The notes under the pieces were generated by a model that saw only the letters and a list, made by a program, of their open reading frames with translations, searched no databases and was not told where the DNA came from. Below are positions 36,401 through 48,732 of a DNA stretch of 64,000 bases, piece by piece. The translations under genes and the position numbers were made by a program. How positions within the stretch are numbered: the stretch's first letter is position 1; each line of letters opens with the position of its first letter. The DNA lies in assembly GCA_048320885.1 (NCBI GenBank), contig JBLWFJ010000001.1, positions 5,697,697 to 5,761,696 on the forward strand, given 5' to 3'. The DNA comes from Nannocystaceae bacterium ST9 (GTDB lineage: Bacteria; Myxococcota_A; Polyangia; Nannocystales; Nannocystaceae).

Positions 36401-39088
36401 GGGCTCGGTCGGCGCGACCAGGGCCGCGCGTTGATCGAGCTCGCCCGCGAGCTCGCCGAGCGAGGCGGCTGCCGGCTCGATCATCGTCGCCAGCTCAGCG
36501 AGCAGGTGTTCTTGCAGTGGGAGCGGCCCTATCGCGAGTGCCTGGTCCCGCTGCGCCGGGCGGCCGAGGCCGCGCTCGAGGCCGGCGACATCGAGGGCGC
36601 CGACTACTGCGAGTCGCTCCGGATCGGGCTCTCGCTGATCTCGGGCGTGCACCTGCGCCAGCTCGAGCAGCAGGTCGAGGCGATGCTGCGCCAGCGCGAG
36701 CAGCGAGGCACCGCCGATCTCGGCGGCAGCGGCAAGTCGCAGCGCGATCTGTGTCGGCTCCTGCTCTACGGGCCGGTCCCCGAGCCCGACGAGCTCGACC
36801 CGCTCAATTCGTGGGCGCTCGGCGAGTTCGGGCTCGGCGAGATCAAGCAGCTCGACGCGCGCCTGCTCGGCGCGCTCGCGTTGGTCGTGTTCGGCCGCCA
36901 TCGCTCGGCCCTGCAGATCCTCGACGAGATCGCCGGGCCGATCGAGCGGACCCTGCGAGGGCTCTGGTACGTGCCGCTGGTCGCGATCCTGCGTGGACTC
37001 GCGTCGACGATCGTCGCTCACGATGCGCCCGCCCACGCGCGTCGTCGACTGCTCCGCCAGGCTCGCGGCGATCGGCGTCGGCTCCGGCGTTGGGCCCGAC
37101 AAGGCGGCAACTGTGCGATGCAGGCCGAGCTGCTGAACGCCGAGCTGCTCGCGGTCGCGGGCGAGAGTGCGCGCGCGACCGCGAGCTACGTGCGAGCGAG
37201 CGAGCTGGCCGAGGCTCAGCGCCTGCCGATGTTCGAAGCGCTGATCGCCGAGCGAATGGCCGCGCTGGCCATGCGCCACGGGTTCGGGACGTTCATGCAC
37301 GGACCGCTGCTGCGGGCGCGCGAGCGCTATCAGCATTGGGGCGCCTTCGCCAAGGTCGCCGAGCTCGATCGCCAGTGGCCGATGCTGGTCGAGGCGACGC
37401 GGACCCACGAGGGCGAGGACTCGGTCACCGGCGCCTCGTCGCCGAGCGAGGTCGACGCGAGCGGGCGGACCATCGACATGGACACGCTGTTCAAGACCTC
37501 GCAGGCGATCGCCGCCGACATTCGACTCGACGAGGTCGTCGCGCGCGTGTTGGCGATCGCGGTCGAGAACGCCGGCGCCGAGCGAGCGGTGCTGATCCTG
37601 CCCAGCGACGAAGGCCTGGTCGTGGCCGCCGAATCCGACGCCGAGGCGCTCGCCAGTCGGCGGACCAACCTGCCGCTGAGCGAGGCGGGCTCGCAGGTGC
37701 CGGCCTCGTTGCTGCACTGGGTCGAGCGGACCCGCGAGTCGGTGGTCTTGGCCGAGGCCAGCGCCGACCTCCGCTTCGCCGCCGATCCCTACATGCGCGC
37801 CCGCATGGTCCGCTCGGTGCTCTGCCTGCCGATCGTCAAGCACAGCCGGCTGGTCGGGCTGCTCTACCTCGAGAACAAGCTCAGCGCGGGGACCTTCACC
37901 GACAAACGGCTCAAGGTGCTCGGGCTGCTGATGAGCCAAGCCGCCAGCGCGCTGGAGAACGCCCGTCTCTACGAGGCGCTGCGAACCAGCGAGGTTCGCT
38001 GGCGATCGCTGGTCGAGCGGCTGCCCGACGTGGTCGCGGTCGTCGATCGAGTCGGGCGGATCGAGTTCATCAACCACATGCAGGGCGAGCGCCAGGAGGT
38101 GCTCGGGACCTCGCTGCTCGAGCTGCTCGGCGAGGCCCAGCGCGGGCGAGCGGGCGAGCGGCTGCGCGAGACCCTCGGTGGCCGGGTCGGCGAGCCGATC
38201 GAGGTCGAGGCCGCGTTCGCGGGCCGCTCGCGGCGTTGGTGGTCGACGCGCTTCGCTCCGATCGCCGTCGACGGCCGGGTCGAGCGCGTGATCGTGGTCG
38301 CGACCGACGTGACCGATCGCCGGCAGGCCGAGCGCGACAAGCAGCAGCTCGAGGCGCAACTGCGCCAACAGCAGAAGCTCGAGTCGATCGGTACGCTGGC
38401 GAGCGGCGTGGCCCACGAGATCAACAATCCGATCCAGGGCATCATGAACTACGCCGAGCTGATCGCGGCCTCGTCGGCCGCCGACGCCGAGATCCGCGAG
38501 TTCGCCGACGAGATCGAGCACGAGACCCGCCGGGTCGCGGCGATCGTCCGCAACCTGCTGGCCTTCTCCCGCCAGGAGAGCGAGAAGTCGACGGTTGCGA
38601 CCACGCTGAGCGAGATCGTCGAAGGCACGCTCTCGCTGGTCCGCGCGGTGTTGCGCAAGGATCAGATCGTGCTGCGCGTGGAGCTCGCTGACGATCTCCC
38701 CGAGCTCGAGTGTCGACCGCAGCAAATTCAGCAAGTCATCATGAACCTGGTCACCAACGCTCGCGACGCACTCAACGCCCGCTGGCCGAACTATCACGAC
38801 GACAAACGCATCGATGTCGTCGCTCACGCTTTCGAGCGCGCCGGCGTGCGGTGGGTTCGACTGAGTGTGGCGGATCGGGGCGGGGGCATTCCGAGCGAGG
38901 TGGTGCCGCGAATCTTCGATCCCTTCTTCACCACCAAAGGTCGCGATCAGGGCACCGGGCTGGGTCTGGCGGTCAGCCACGGCATCGTCAGCGATCACGG
39001 TGGAGACCTGCGGCTCGACAACGAGTACGGCGTGGGTGCGACGTTCCACGTCGAGTTGCCGTGCCGGCGCATTCGAGCTGCGGCATGA
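33479..39088 (+). CDS. Giant Ser/Thr kinase - STAND ATPase - TPR - GAF - PAS - histidine kinase sensor, paralog 2
   Basis: Same domain order and ~1869 aa. Colinear with paralog 1 throughout, with roughly 50-70% identity by eye and highest similarity in the kinase, GAF and HK regions. Confidence 0.85.
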   Translation: MPLTLDGYRLLRSLRATRNAQVMLAERESDGLPVVVKAYVIEGHRGIEARVEHEFALIRALDCKGVVRALALERSGDRMVLILERHAGVDLARHTEGRPMAIPEFLRVARAIAEILAEVHVHWVIHRDIKPSNILIDPATGEVALADFGISVLLESERAHLHDPALIEGTLPYVAPEQTGRTGHEVDFRSDLYSLGVTFYELLTGRRPFVASSPLELIHAHLARRPDPPVWLRPELPKPLSDLVLELLEKAPERRYQSARGLAADLAAIAEMLARGEPLDDFELGRFDVPSSIHLPHQLYGRERELELLGDEFRAAALGGPRLVVLRGPAGIGKTALLGELIEPVLGRRGHLIRGKFDEGAKQPLEAIVQALSGLADQLLTSSDAELAGWRARLLASLGTLAEVVRELVPKFDTLLGELEPVAVESELGAAGLRNRMWLAIARVLAVVARPEHPLVLALDDLQWADVASGELLAGLLTEPAAALLIVGTARAASEVGIVEEEVLAELLELCRINAVPTRTIEIGPLGSESMAAMLSVMLGREPGEVRSLVEVLGRKTGNNPFFVQQFLLHLVERGLLWVEAQGWSWDPAEIEAAELPADSLAMMSTKLDALPDELRELAMSASVLGVRFDAELLEAVLGRPIGAQLQKLADEGLIAPRGRDWVFGHDRIREAAYAHLNGKRRRELHLAIGKTLLGRQAERPGVEPAWLEIAEQLDRGHGLVPLVGEVDSLEVREALASVSAVAMRIDQAELHVLAELNGRAGLRALATGAPRSAVGLLRLASALREVPAGESFQMQAKLLPEHALAVEIEIGLGEALSLVGEYALADRCYRDLLGRQDSLTPSELATVAIKRNWLLLLSGEGEQALRSGCEVLRRLGLAIPARITPMAAARAVLGLLVELRASGRERMRGLAPVEDPRASAAMDAGLMFATSAYIHSPELFVILIERQVDHLLRYGGHTSAPLVLANAGLILAHGLGRRDQGRALIELARELAERGGCRLDHRRQLSEQVFLQWERPYRECLVPLRRAAEAALEAGDIEGADYCESLRIGLSLISGVHLRQLEQQVEAMLRQREQRGTADLGGSGKSQRDLCRLLLYGPVPEPDELDPLNSWALGEFGLGEIKQLDARLLGALALVVFGRHRSALQILDEIAGPIERTLRGLWYVPLVAILRGLASTIVAHDAPAHARRRLLRQARGDRRRLRRWARQGGNCAMQAELLNAELLAVAGESARATASYVRASELAEAQRLPMFEALIAERMAALAMRHGFGTFMHGPLLRARERYQHWGAFAKVAELDRQWPMLVEATRTHEGEDSVTGASSPSEVDASGRTIDMDTLFKTSQAIAADIRLDEVVARVLAIAVENAGAERAVLILPSDEGLVVAAESDAEALASRRTNLPLSEAGSQVPASLLHWVERTRESVVLAEASADLRFAADPYMRARMVRSVLCLPIVKHSRLVGLLYLENKLSAGTFTDKRLKVLGLLMSQAASALENARLYEALRTSEVRWRSLVERLPDVVAVVDRVGRIEFINHMQGERQEVLGTSLLELLGEAQRGRAGERLRETLGGRVGEPIEVEAAFAGRSRRWWSTRFAPIAVDGRVERVIVVATDVTDRRQAERDKQQLEAQLRQQQKLESIGTLASGVAHEINNPIQGIMNYAELIAASSAADAEIREFADEIEHETRRVAAIVRNLLAFSRQESEKSTVATTLSEIVEGTLSLVRAVLRKDQIVLRVELADDLPELECRPQQIQQVIMNLVTNARDALNARWPNYHDDKRIDVVAHAFERAGVRWVRLSVADRGGGIPSEVVPRIFDPFFTTKGRDQGTGLGLAVSHGIVSDHGGDLRLDNEYGVGATFHVELPCRRIRAAA

Positions 39089-39206
39089 CGCTACGCTCGC
39101 GCGTCGGCGCATGGTCGGATTCACGCTGCGGGGTCGGCTCAGCGGGTACTGGACGTCGTTTGTTGCGTGGCGGTGATCCAATTGCCGCTCTAGAATCGCC
39201 GAGCCG

Positions 39207-42200
39207 ATGTCGCTCACCCTCGATGGCTATCGCCTCGCACGGCTGCTGCAGCAGTCGTCGACCACGCGAGTGTACGTGGGCGAGCGCGAGAGCGACGGGC
39301 TGCCGATCGTGGCCAAGGCCTACGCGATCGCGTTGCGGCAGGGCCTCGAGGCCCGGGTCGAGCACGAGTTCTCGCTGATTCGTGCGCTCGAGGGTCGCGG
39401 CGTCGTTCGAGCGCTGGCGCTCGAGCGGGCCGGCGACCAGCTGGTCTTGGTGCTCGAGCGACACGCGGGGGTCGATCTCGCGGCCTACTGCGAAGGCCGA
39501 CCGATGGCGGTCGGCGAGTTCCTGCGCGTCGCTCGACGGGTGACCGAGACGCTCGCGCTGGTCCATGGGCAGTCGGTCATCCATCGCGACATCAAGCCCG
39601 CCAACATCCTGATCGATCCGAGCACCGGCGAGGTCGCGCTGGCCGACTTCGGGATCTCGGTCCTGCTGGAGAGCGAGCGCTCGCAGATCCACGATCCCGA
39701 GATCATCGAAGGCACGCTGCCCTACGTCGCGCCCGAGCAGACCGGTCGAACCGGGCGCGAGGTCGACTTTCGCAGCGATCTCTACTCGCTCGGGGTGACC
39801 TGCTACGAGCTGCTGACCGGGCGCCGGCCCTTCGTGGCCAGCTCGCCGCTCGAGCTGATCCACGCCCACCTCGCCCGGCTGCCCGAGCCGCCCGACCAGC
39901 TGCGACCCGAGCTGCCCAGGCCACTCTCGCGGCTGGTCCTCAAGCTGCTCGAGAAGGCGCCCGAGCGGCGCTACCAGTCCGCGCGTGGGCTCGCGGCCGA
40001 CCTCGCGACCATCGCCACCGCGCTCGAGCGCGGCGAGCCACTCGACGAGTTCGAACTCGGCGCGCAAGACGTGGCCAGCACGATCCGCCTGCCGCACCAG
40101 CTCTACGGTCGCGAGCGCGAGGTCGACGAGCTGATCGGCGAGTTTCGCCAGGCTTGCCTGGGCACCCCGCGGCTGGTCGTGCTGCGCGGGCCCGCTGGCA
40201 TCGGCAAGACCGCGCTGCTCGGCGAGCTGGTCGAGCCGGTGCTCGGACGGCGCGGTCACCTGATTCGCGGGCAGTTCGACGCCGCTCAGCAGCCGCTCGC
40301 CGCGATCGTGCACGCGCTCGAGGGTCTGGCCGATCAGCTGCTGACCGGCAGCGACGTCGAGCTTCGCCGATGGCGACGCGAGCTCGGCTCCGAGCTCGGC
40401 GCGCTCGCGGGCGTGCTCTGCAACCTGGTCGGCAAGTTCTCGGCGGTGCTCGGCGAGCAGCGGGTCCGCGAGCCCGAGCTCGGCGCGTCCGAGGGCCTCG
40501 GCGCCGCCGAGCACCGCAATCGACTCTGGCTGGCGATCTCGCGGCTGCTGGTCCGCATGGCCAAGCCCGAGCACCCGCTGGTGATCGCGCTCGACGATCT
40601 CCACTGGGCCGATCCGGCCAGCGGCGAGCTCCTGGCCAGCTTGTTGGGCGAGCGCGGCGCGGCGCTCCTGATCGTCGGGACCGCCCGCGACAGCGACCCC
40701 AGCTTGCCGGCGCCCGAGGGCCTCGGCGACGCGCTCGGCGAGCTGAGCGATCAGCTGCGCGCCGCCAACACGCCGGTCCGCGAGATCGTGCTCGCGCCGC
40801 TGACCGGCGCCGCGATGACCTCGATGCTGGCGGTCACGCTCGGGCGCGAGCCGAGCGAGGTCGCGTCGCTGGTCGAGGTGCTCGGTCGCAAGACCGGCAA
40901 CAACCCCTTCTTCGTCCGCCAGTTCCTGCTTCACCTGGTCGAGCGCGGGCTGCTCTGGGTCGAGCTCAGTGGCTGGCAGTGGGACAGCGCGAAGATCGAG
41001 GCCGCCGAGCTGCCGGCCGACAGCTTGGCGATGATGACCGCCAAGTTGGCCGGGCTGCCCGAGCAGCCGCGCGAGCTGGCCAAGGCCGCGAGCGTGCTGA
41101 GCAGTCGCTTCGACACCGACGTGCTCGAGCACGTGCTCGGCCGCAGCCCGATCACCACCGAGCTCCATCGCCTGGTCGACGAGGGGCTGATCGCCCCGCA
41201 GGGCGAGGGCTGGGTGTTCGGTCACGAGCGGATTCGCGAGGCCGCCTACGCGATGTCGAAGCCCGAGCGGCGCCGCGCCCTGCACCTCGCCGCCGGCCGA
41301 GCGCTGCTGGCCCGCCTGCGCGCCAACCCGGACGGGCAGTCGGGCGAGCTGCTGCTCGAGATCGCCGAGCAGCTCGATCGCGGTCACGGGCTCGCGCCGC
41401 TGCGTGGCGAGGTCGACAGCTTCGAAGTCCGCGAGGCGCTGGTCAGCCCTTCGATGGTCGCGACTCGGCTGGTCGGTTCGGAGCTCGACGACCTCGCCGA
41501 GCTCAACGGTCGAGCCGGGCTGCGGGCGCTGACGACCGGCGCTCCGCGGGCGGCCGTCCGTCTGCTCAAGCTCGCGTCGGCCCTGCGCGGCGATCTGCCT
41601 GCCGACGACGCGCCCGGCAACGCGCGCATGCTCGCGGTCGAGGTCGACATTCGGCTCGGCGAGGCGCTCGGGTTGATCGGCGAGTACGTCGAGGCCGACG
41701 AGGTGTTCTCGCGGCTCTTCATGTACGAGGCCGAGCTCGACGCGCGCGAGCTCGCGATGCTGGCGATCAAACGGCACTGGTTGCTGATGCTCAGCGGCGA
41801 GTCGCGGCGCGGGCTCGAGTTCGGCTGCCTGGTCCTGCGTCGGCTCGGGTTCGGCTTGCCCGAGGCGATCGGCAAGCTCGCCGCGCTGCGCTCGTTGGTC
41901 ACCCTGGTCGTCCGCCTGCGTCCGCGCGGGCTCGCACGGCTGCGCGAGCGGGCCCCGATGAACGATCGGCGCGCGGCCGCGGCGATGGACGTGTGCGTCT
42001 CGCTCGGGACCACGGCCTACCTGGTCAGCCCCGAGGTGTTCGTGGTCATGGTCGAGCGCCAGGTCGATCACATGCTGCGCAACGGCGACCACCCGGCCGC
42101 GGCGATGGTCATCTCGCAGGCCGCGTTGCTGATGGCCAGCGGGCTCGGTCGGCGCGCGCTGGCCGGCGAGCTGCTCGGGTTGGCCGAGGCCCTGAGCGAT

Positions 42201-44855
42201 CGAGCGGCCCGCGGCCCCTACGAACACCGCCGCCGGTTGATCGCGCAGATCGTCCAGCAGTGGTCGGTGCCCTACCGCGAGTGTCTGCCGCGTCTGCGCG
42301 AGGTCACCGAGCTCGCGCTCGAAGCCGGCGATCTCGAGAGCGCCGACTACTGCGAGTCGATCCGGATCTCGCTCTCGTTTCACTCGGGCACCCACCTGCG
42401 CCTGCTCGAGCAGCAAGTCGAGCTCTTGCTGCGTCGCCGCGAGCAGTGGGGGACCGGCGACCTCGCGCCCGGCGGAGGCTCGCTGCGCGACCTGTGTCGG
42501 CTCTTGATGTACGGGCCCGCCCCGGAGGTCGGCGAGGTCGATCCACTCAACTCGTGGGCAGTCGGCGACTACGGGCTCGCCGAGGTCAAGGTGCTCGACG
42601 CCAAGCAGCTCGGCGCGCTCTTGTTGGTGCTCTTCGAACGTCATCGTGAGGCGCTCGGCGTGATCGAAGAGATCCGTCGACCGATCGAGCAGGGCCTGCG
42701 CGGCATGTGGTACATCCCGCTGATCCTGACGCTGCATGGTCTGGCCGCCGCGGGCGTGCTAGCGAGTGCCGAGCCGAGCGAGCGTCGACGGCTGCGGCGC
42801 GTGCTCGAGCGCTGCCAGGCTCGGTTGGCGCGCTGGACCAAGCAGGGCGGCAACTTCGCCGTGCAGGCCGAGCTGCTGCGCGGCGAGCTGCTGGCGATCG
42901 ACGGCTCGCTCGAGCAGGCTGCCCAGGCCTACGGCAACGCGGCCGAGTACGCGTCGGCCCAGCGCGTGCCGATGTACGAGGCGCTGGCCAGCGAGCGGCT
43001 GGCCGAGCTGGCCGAGCGGCGCGGGTTCTCGAGCTTCGTCCGCGGCCCACTCGAGCGCGCGCGCGAGCGCTATCGGCATTGGGGGGCGTTCGCCAAGGTC
43101 ACCGAGCTCGAGCGTCGCTGGCCGCAGCTGCGCGAGGACTCGCCCCGACCGCGGCACGACAGCGAAGAGCTGACCGTCTCGGGCATCCGGGTCAACACCA
43201 ACAGCTCGAAGACCAGCGAGGCGATGGACGTCGCGTCGTTGCTGAAGACCTCGCAGGCGATCGCCGCCGACATTCGGCTCGAGGACGTCGTCGATCGTCT
43301 GATGGTCATCGCGCTCGAGAACGCCGGCGCCGAGCGAGCGGCGCTGGTCCTGCCCGGCGAGGCCGGGCTGACGCTGGCGGCCGAGTGCAGCGCCGACGCG
43401 CCGACCTCGACCTTCCTCGCCGACCCGCAGCCGCTCTCGGAGGTCTCCGATCGCGTGCCGGCCTCGTTGCTGCACTGGGTCGAGCGGACCCGCGAGTCGG
43501 TCGTGCTCGCCGAGCTCGGGGCCGACGTCCGCTTCGCCAACGATCCCTACGTTCGCCACAGCGGCGCGCGCTCGGTGATCAGCCTGCCGATCGTCAAGCA
43601 CAGCCGGCTGGTCGGCGTGCTCTACCTCGAGAACAAGCTGAGCGCGGGGGCGTTCACCGACGAGCGGCTCGAGGTGCTCGGTCTGCTGATGGGCCAGGCC
43701 GCCAGCGCGCTGGAGAACGCCCGGCTCTACGAGGCGCTGCGGACCAGCGAGGTCCGCTGGCGCTCGCTGGTCGAGCGGCTGCCCGACGTGGTCGCGCTGA
43801 TCGATCGCAGCGGCTTCGTCGAGTTCATCAACCACCTCGAGGACGGCCTGATCGGCCCGCAGATCCTCGGCGCCCGGCTGGTCGACGTGATCGCGGTCGA
43901 GCAGCGCGAGCTGGTCCGCGAGAGCCTCGAGAGCGCGCTCGCGGGCAAGCAGGCCGAGCTGGCCGAGATCGAGACCGCGCCGACCAGCACGCAGGGCTCG
44001 CGCTGGTGGTCGGCTCGCTTCGCGCCGATCGGCGTCGACGGGCGAGTCGAGCGGGTGATCCTGGTCGCGACCGAGGTCACCGAGCGGCGCGCGGCCGAGC
44101 GCGAGAAGCAGCACCTCGAGGCCAAGCTCCGCCAGCAGCAGCGGCTCGAGTCGATCGGCACGCTGGCCAGCGGCGTGGCCCACGAGATCAACAACCCGAT
44201 CCAGGGCATCATGAACTACGCCGAGCTGATCGCCGGCTCACCGGTCGCCGACGCCGAGATCCGCGAGTTCGCCGACGAGATCGAGCACGAGACCCGCCGG
44301 GTCGCGACGATCGTCCGCAACCTGCTGGCGTTCTCGCGGCAGGAGAGCGAGAAGTCGATGGTCGCGACCACGATCTCGTCGATCGTCGACGGCACGCTCT
44401 CGCTGATCCACGCCGTGCTGCGCAAGGATCAGATCCGCTTGCGCATCGAGCTGCCCGAGGGTCTGCCGGCCGTGCACTGTCGACCCCAGCAGATCCAGCA
44501 GGTGATCATGAACCTGGTCACCAACGCCCGCGACGCGCTCAACGCCCGCTGGCCCGGCTACCACGACGACAAGCGGATGGAGATCATCGGCCAGGCCTTC
44601 GAGCGCGGCGACGCGACCTGGGTGCGGATCAGCGTGGCCGACTTCGGCGGTGGGATCGCCAGCGAGGTCGTACCGCGGATCTTCGATCCCTTCTTCACGA
44701 CCAAGGGCCGCGATCAGGGCACCGGGCTGGGCCTCGCGGTCAGCCACGGCATCGTGGCCGAGCACGGCGGCGAGCTGCGGCTCGACAACCGGCTCGGCTC
44801 CGGCGCCGTGTTTCACGTCGAGCTGCCCTGCGAGCGCGCGTGGGCAGCCGCCTGA
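39207..44855 (+). CDS. Giant Ser/Thr kinase - STAND ATPase - TPR - GAF - PAS - histidine kinase sensor, paralog 3
   Basis: Same architecture, 1882 aa. Most similar to paralog 2. For example, both share the HK linker EIREFADEIEHETRRVA, which is absent from paralog 1. Confidence 0.85.
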   Translation: MSLTLDGYRLARLLQQSSTTRVYVGERESDGLPIVAKAYAIALRQGLEARVEHEFSLIRALEGRGVVRALALERAGDQLVLVLERHAGVDLAAYCEGRPMAVGEFLRVARRVTETLALVHGQSVIHRDIKPANILIDPSTGEVALADFGISVLLESERSQIHDPEIIEGTLPYVAPEQTGRTGREVDFRSDLYSLGVTCYELLTGRRPFVASSPLELIHAHLARLPEPPDQLRPELPRPLSRLVLKLLEKAPERRYQSARGLAADLATIATALERGEPLDEFELGAQDVASTIRLPHQLYGREREVDELIGEFRQACLGTPRLVVLRGPAGIGKTALLGELVEPVLGRRGHLIRGQFDAAQQPLAAIVHALEGLADQLLTGSDVELRRWRRELGSELGALAGVLCNLVGKFSAVLGEQRVREPELGASEGLGAAEHRNRLWLAISRLLVRMAKPEHPLVIALDDLHWADPASGELLASLLGERGAALLIVGTARDSDPSLPAPEGLGDALGELSDQLRAANTPVREIVLAPLTGAAMTSMLAVTLGREPSEVASLVEVLGRKTGNNPFFVRQFLLHLVERGLLWVELSGWQWDSAKIEAAELPADSLAMMTAKLAGLPEQPRELAKAASVLSSRFDTDVLEHVLGRSPITTELHRLVDEGLIAPQGEGWVFGHERIREAAYAMSKPERRRALHLAAGRALLARLRANPDGQSGELLLEIAEQLDRGHGLAPLRGEVDSFEVREALVSPSMVATRLVGSELDDLAELNGRAGLRALTTGAPRAAVRLLKLASALRGDLPADDAPGNARMLAVEVDIRLGEALGLIGEYVEADEVFSRLFMYEAELDARELAMLAIKRHWLLMLSGESRRGLEFGCLVLRRLGFGLPEAIGKLAALRSLVTLVVRLRPRGLARLRERAPMNDRRAAAAMDVCVSLGTTAYLVSPEVFVVMVERQVDHMLRNGDHPAAAMVISQAALLMASGLGRRALAGELLGLAEALSDRAARGPYEHRRRLIAQIVQQWSVPYRECLPRLREVTELALEAGDLESADYCESIRISLSFHSGTHLRLLEQQVELLLRRREQWGTGDLAPGGGSLRDLCRLLMYGPAPEVGEVDPLNSWAVGDYGLAEVKVLDAKQLGALLLVLFERHREALGVIEEIRRPIEQGLRGMWYIPLILTLHGLAAAGVLASAEPSERRRLRRVLERCQARLARWTKQGGNFAVQAELLRGELLAIDGSLEQAAQAYGNAAEYASAQRVPMYEALASERLAELAERRGFSSFVRGPLERARERYRHWGAFAKVTELERRWPQLREDSPRPRHDSEELTVSGIRVNTNSSKTSEAMDVASLLKTSQAIAADIRLEDVVDRLMVIALENAGAERAALVLPGEAGLTLAAECSADAPTSTFLADPQPLSEVSDRVPASLLHWVERTRESVVLAELGADVRFANDPYVRHSGARSVISLPIVKHSRLVGVLYLENKLSAGAFTDERLEVLGLLMGQAASALENARLYEALRTSEVRWRSLVERLPDVVALIDRSGFVEFINHLEDGLIGPQILGARLVDVIAVEQRELVRESLESALAGKQAELAEIETAPTSTQGSRWWSARFAPIGVDGRVERVILVATEVTERRAAEREKQHLEAKLRQQQRLESIGTLASGVAHEINNPIQGIMNYAELIAGSPVADAEIREFADEIEHETRRVATIVRNLLAFSRQESEKSMVATTISSIVDGTLSLIHAVLRKDQIRLRIELPEGLPAVHCRPQQIQQVIMNLVTNARDALNARWPGYHDDKRMEIIGQAFERGDATWVRISVADFGGGIASEVVPRIFDPFFTTKGRDQGTGLGLAVSHGIVAEHGGELRLDNRLGSGAVFHVELPCERAWAAA

Positions 44856-44906
44856 TCGCCGGCCGCAGGGTGGTTTGCACCGCGTCGCTCGTGGGATGCT
44901 CGAGCC

Positions 44907-45611
44907 ATGGCCATGATGGATCGACGCGGACTCTCGGCAGAACCCACGGCGATCGGGCTCGCGCTCGCGGCGATCGGCTGCACGCGCGAGCCCGGCTTCA
45001 CGCTCGACGACGAAGCCGGCAGCGAGACGATCGGGGCCGAGAGCGAGAGCACGAGCGAGAGCACGAGCGGCGAAGATGGGCCCAACGACATCCCCTTCGA
45101 ACTCGTGTCGGCGGGCCTGAACGCGACCGGCCAGTTCGTCGCGCTGCGCTTCAGCGAGCCGGTCGGTCCGGTCACCGCCCTCGATCCCCGCGACTTTCGG
45201 ATCAGCCACGCGCTGCCGACCTCGCTCTGCAACAACGAGGGCTGCGTCGATCAGACCACGTACTGGGATCCCAACTTCTACGTCGCGTACTACCTTGGCG
45301 GCTACCCGCCGCCCGACCCGGAGCTGCGCTTCGAGACCATGCTGATCACGGCGGGCAACCAAGCGACCGACGTGTTCCTGCGCTTCGGGTCGCCGCTCGA
45401 TCCGGCGCTCTGCCAATACGTCGACTACATGGGTGGGTACGAGAGCCTGTTCGTGCACTACTCGCCCGGCGAGATTCCGCTGACCAGCGCCGACGGCGAA
45501 GCGCTCGCGCCGATCGGATCACAGTGGGTCGAGCAGGACTCGCCGGTCGCGAGCGTCGACGGGCTCTTTCCCGAGCTCGATCCGAAGATTGCGATCCCTT
45601 GCAGCCTCTGA
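44907..45611 (+). CDS. Hypothetical lipoprotein
   Basis: Signal peptide with lipobox (LALAAIGC), an acidic Ser/Glu linker, then a ~170-aa domain. Confidence 0.55.
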   Translation: MAMMDRRGLSAEPTAIGLALAAIGCTREPGFTLDDEAGSETIGAESESTSESTSGEDGPNDIPFELVSAGLNATGQFVALRFSEPVGPVTALDPRDFRISHALPTSLCNNEGCVDQTTYWDPNFYVAYYLGGYPPPDPELRFETMLITAGNQATDVFLRFGSPLDPALCQYVDYMGGYESLFVHYSPGEIPLTSADGEALAPIGSQWVEQDSPVASVDGLFPELDPKIAIPCSL

Positions 45612-45617
45612 GCCGAA

Positions 45618-48503
<2,886 letters not shown>

Positions 48504-48732
48504 GGCGCGGGGCTACTCGGCTCGGGCTCGGGCGCCGAAGGGCTCGGCGGCTGGCATGCGGGCTCGTTCGCAGCCTCGGGTCGGCTGCAATCGGGCTCGG
48601 TCTGCGTGACCGGTCGGGCCATCGCGGGCGGCTGGGGATGTGGAAAGAGCGCCGGCGGTGCCTTGTCGGCACACGCCGCCGCCAGCAGCACGAAGGACAC
48701 GAGCAGGGCGCGGTCAGCCGGCCCGGGCACGA

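Noticed and set aside
28297-44183. Series of long minus-strand ORFs (28297..32829, 33242..35734, 35852..39217, 38988..42737, 42759..44183) and plus-strand alternate frames (40154..42649, 42707..45934)
   Set aside because: All overlap the three giant sensor-kinase genes, whose frames carry complete kinase, P-loop, GAF, PAS and HK motifs. The alternatives are Arg/Ala/Gly-rich with no motifs.
48504-48732. Possible ~65-aa Pro-rich peptide between the kinase start and the rpoZ stop (part of track ORF 48500..49318)
   Set aside because: The parent ORF is a poly-Arg/Gly artefact, and the short hydrophobic or Pro-rich stretch has no start context. Probably non-coding, though a small lipoprotein cannot be excluded.
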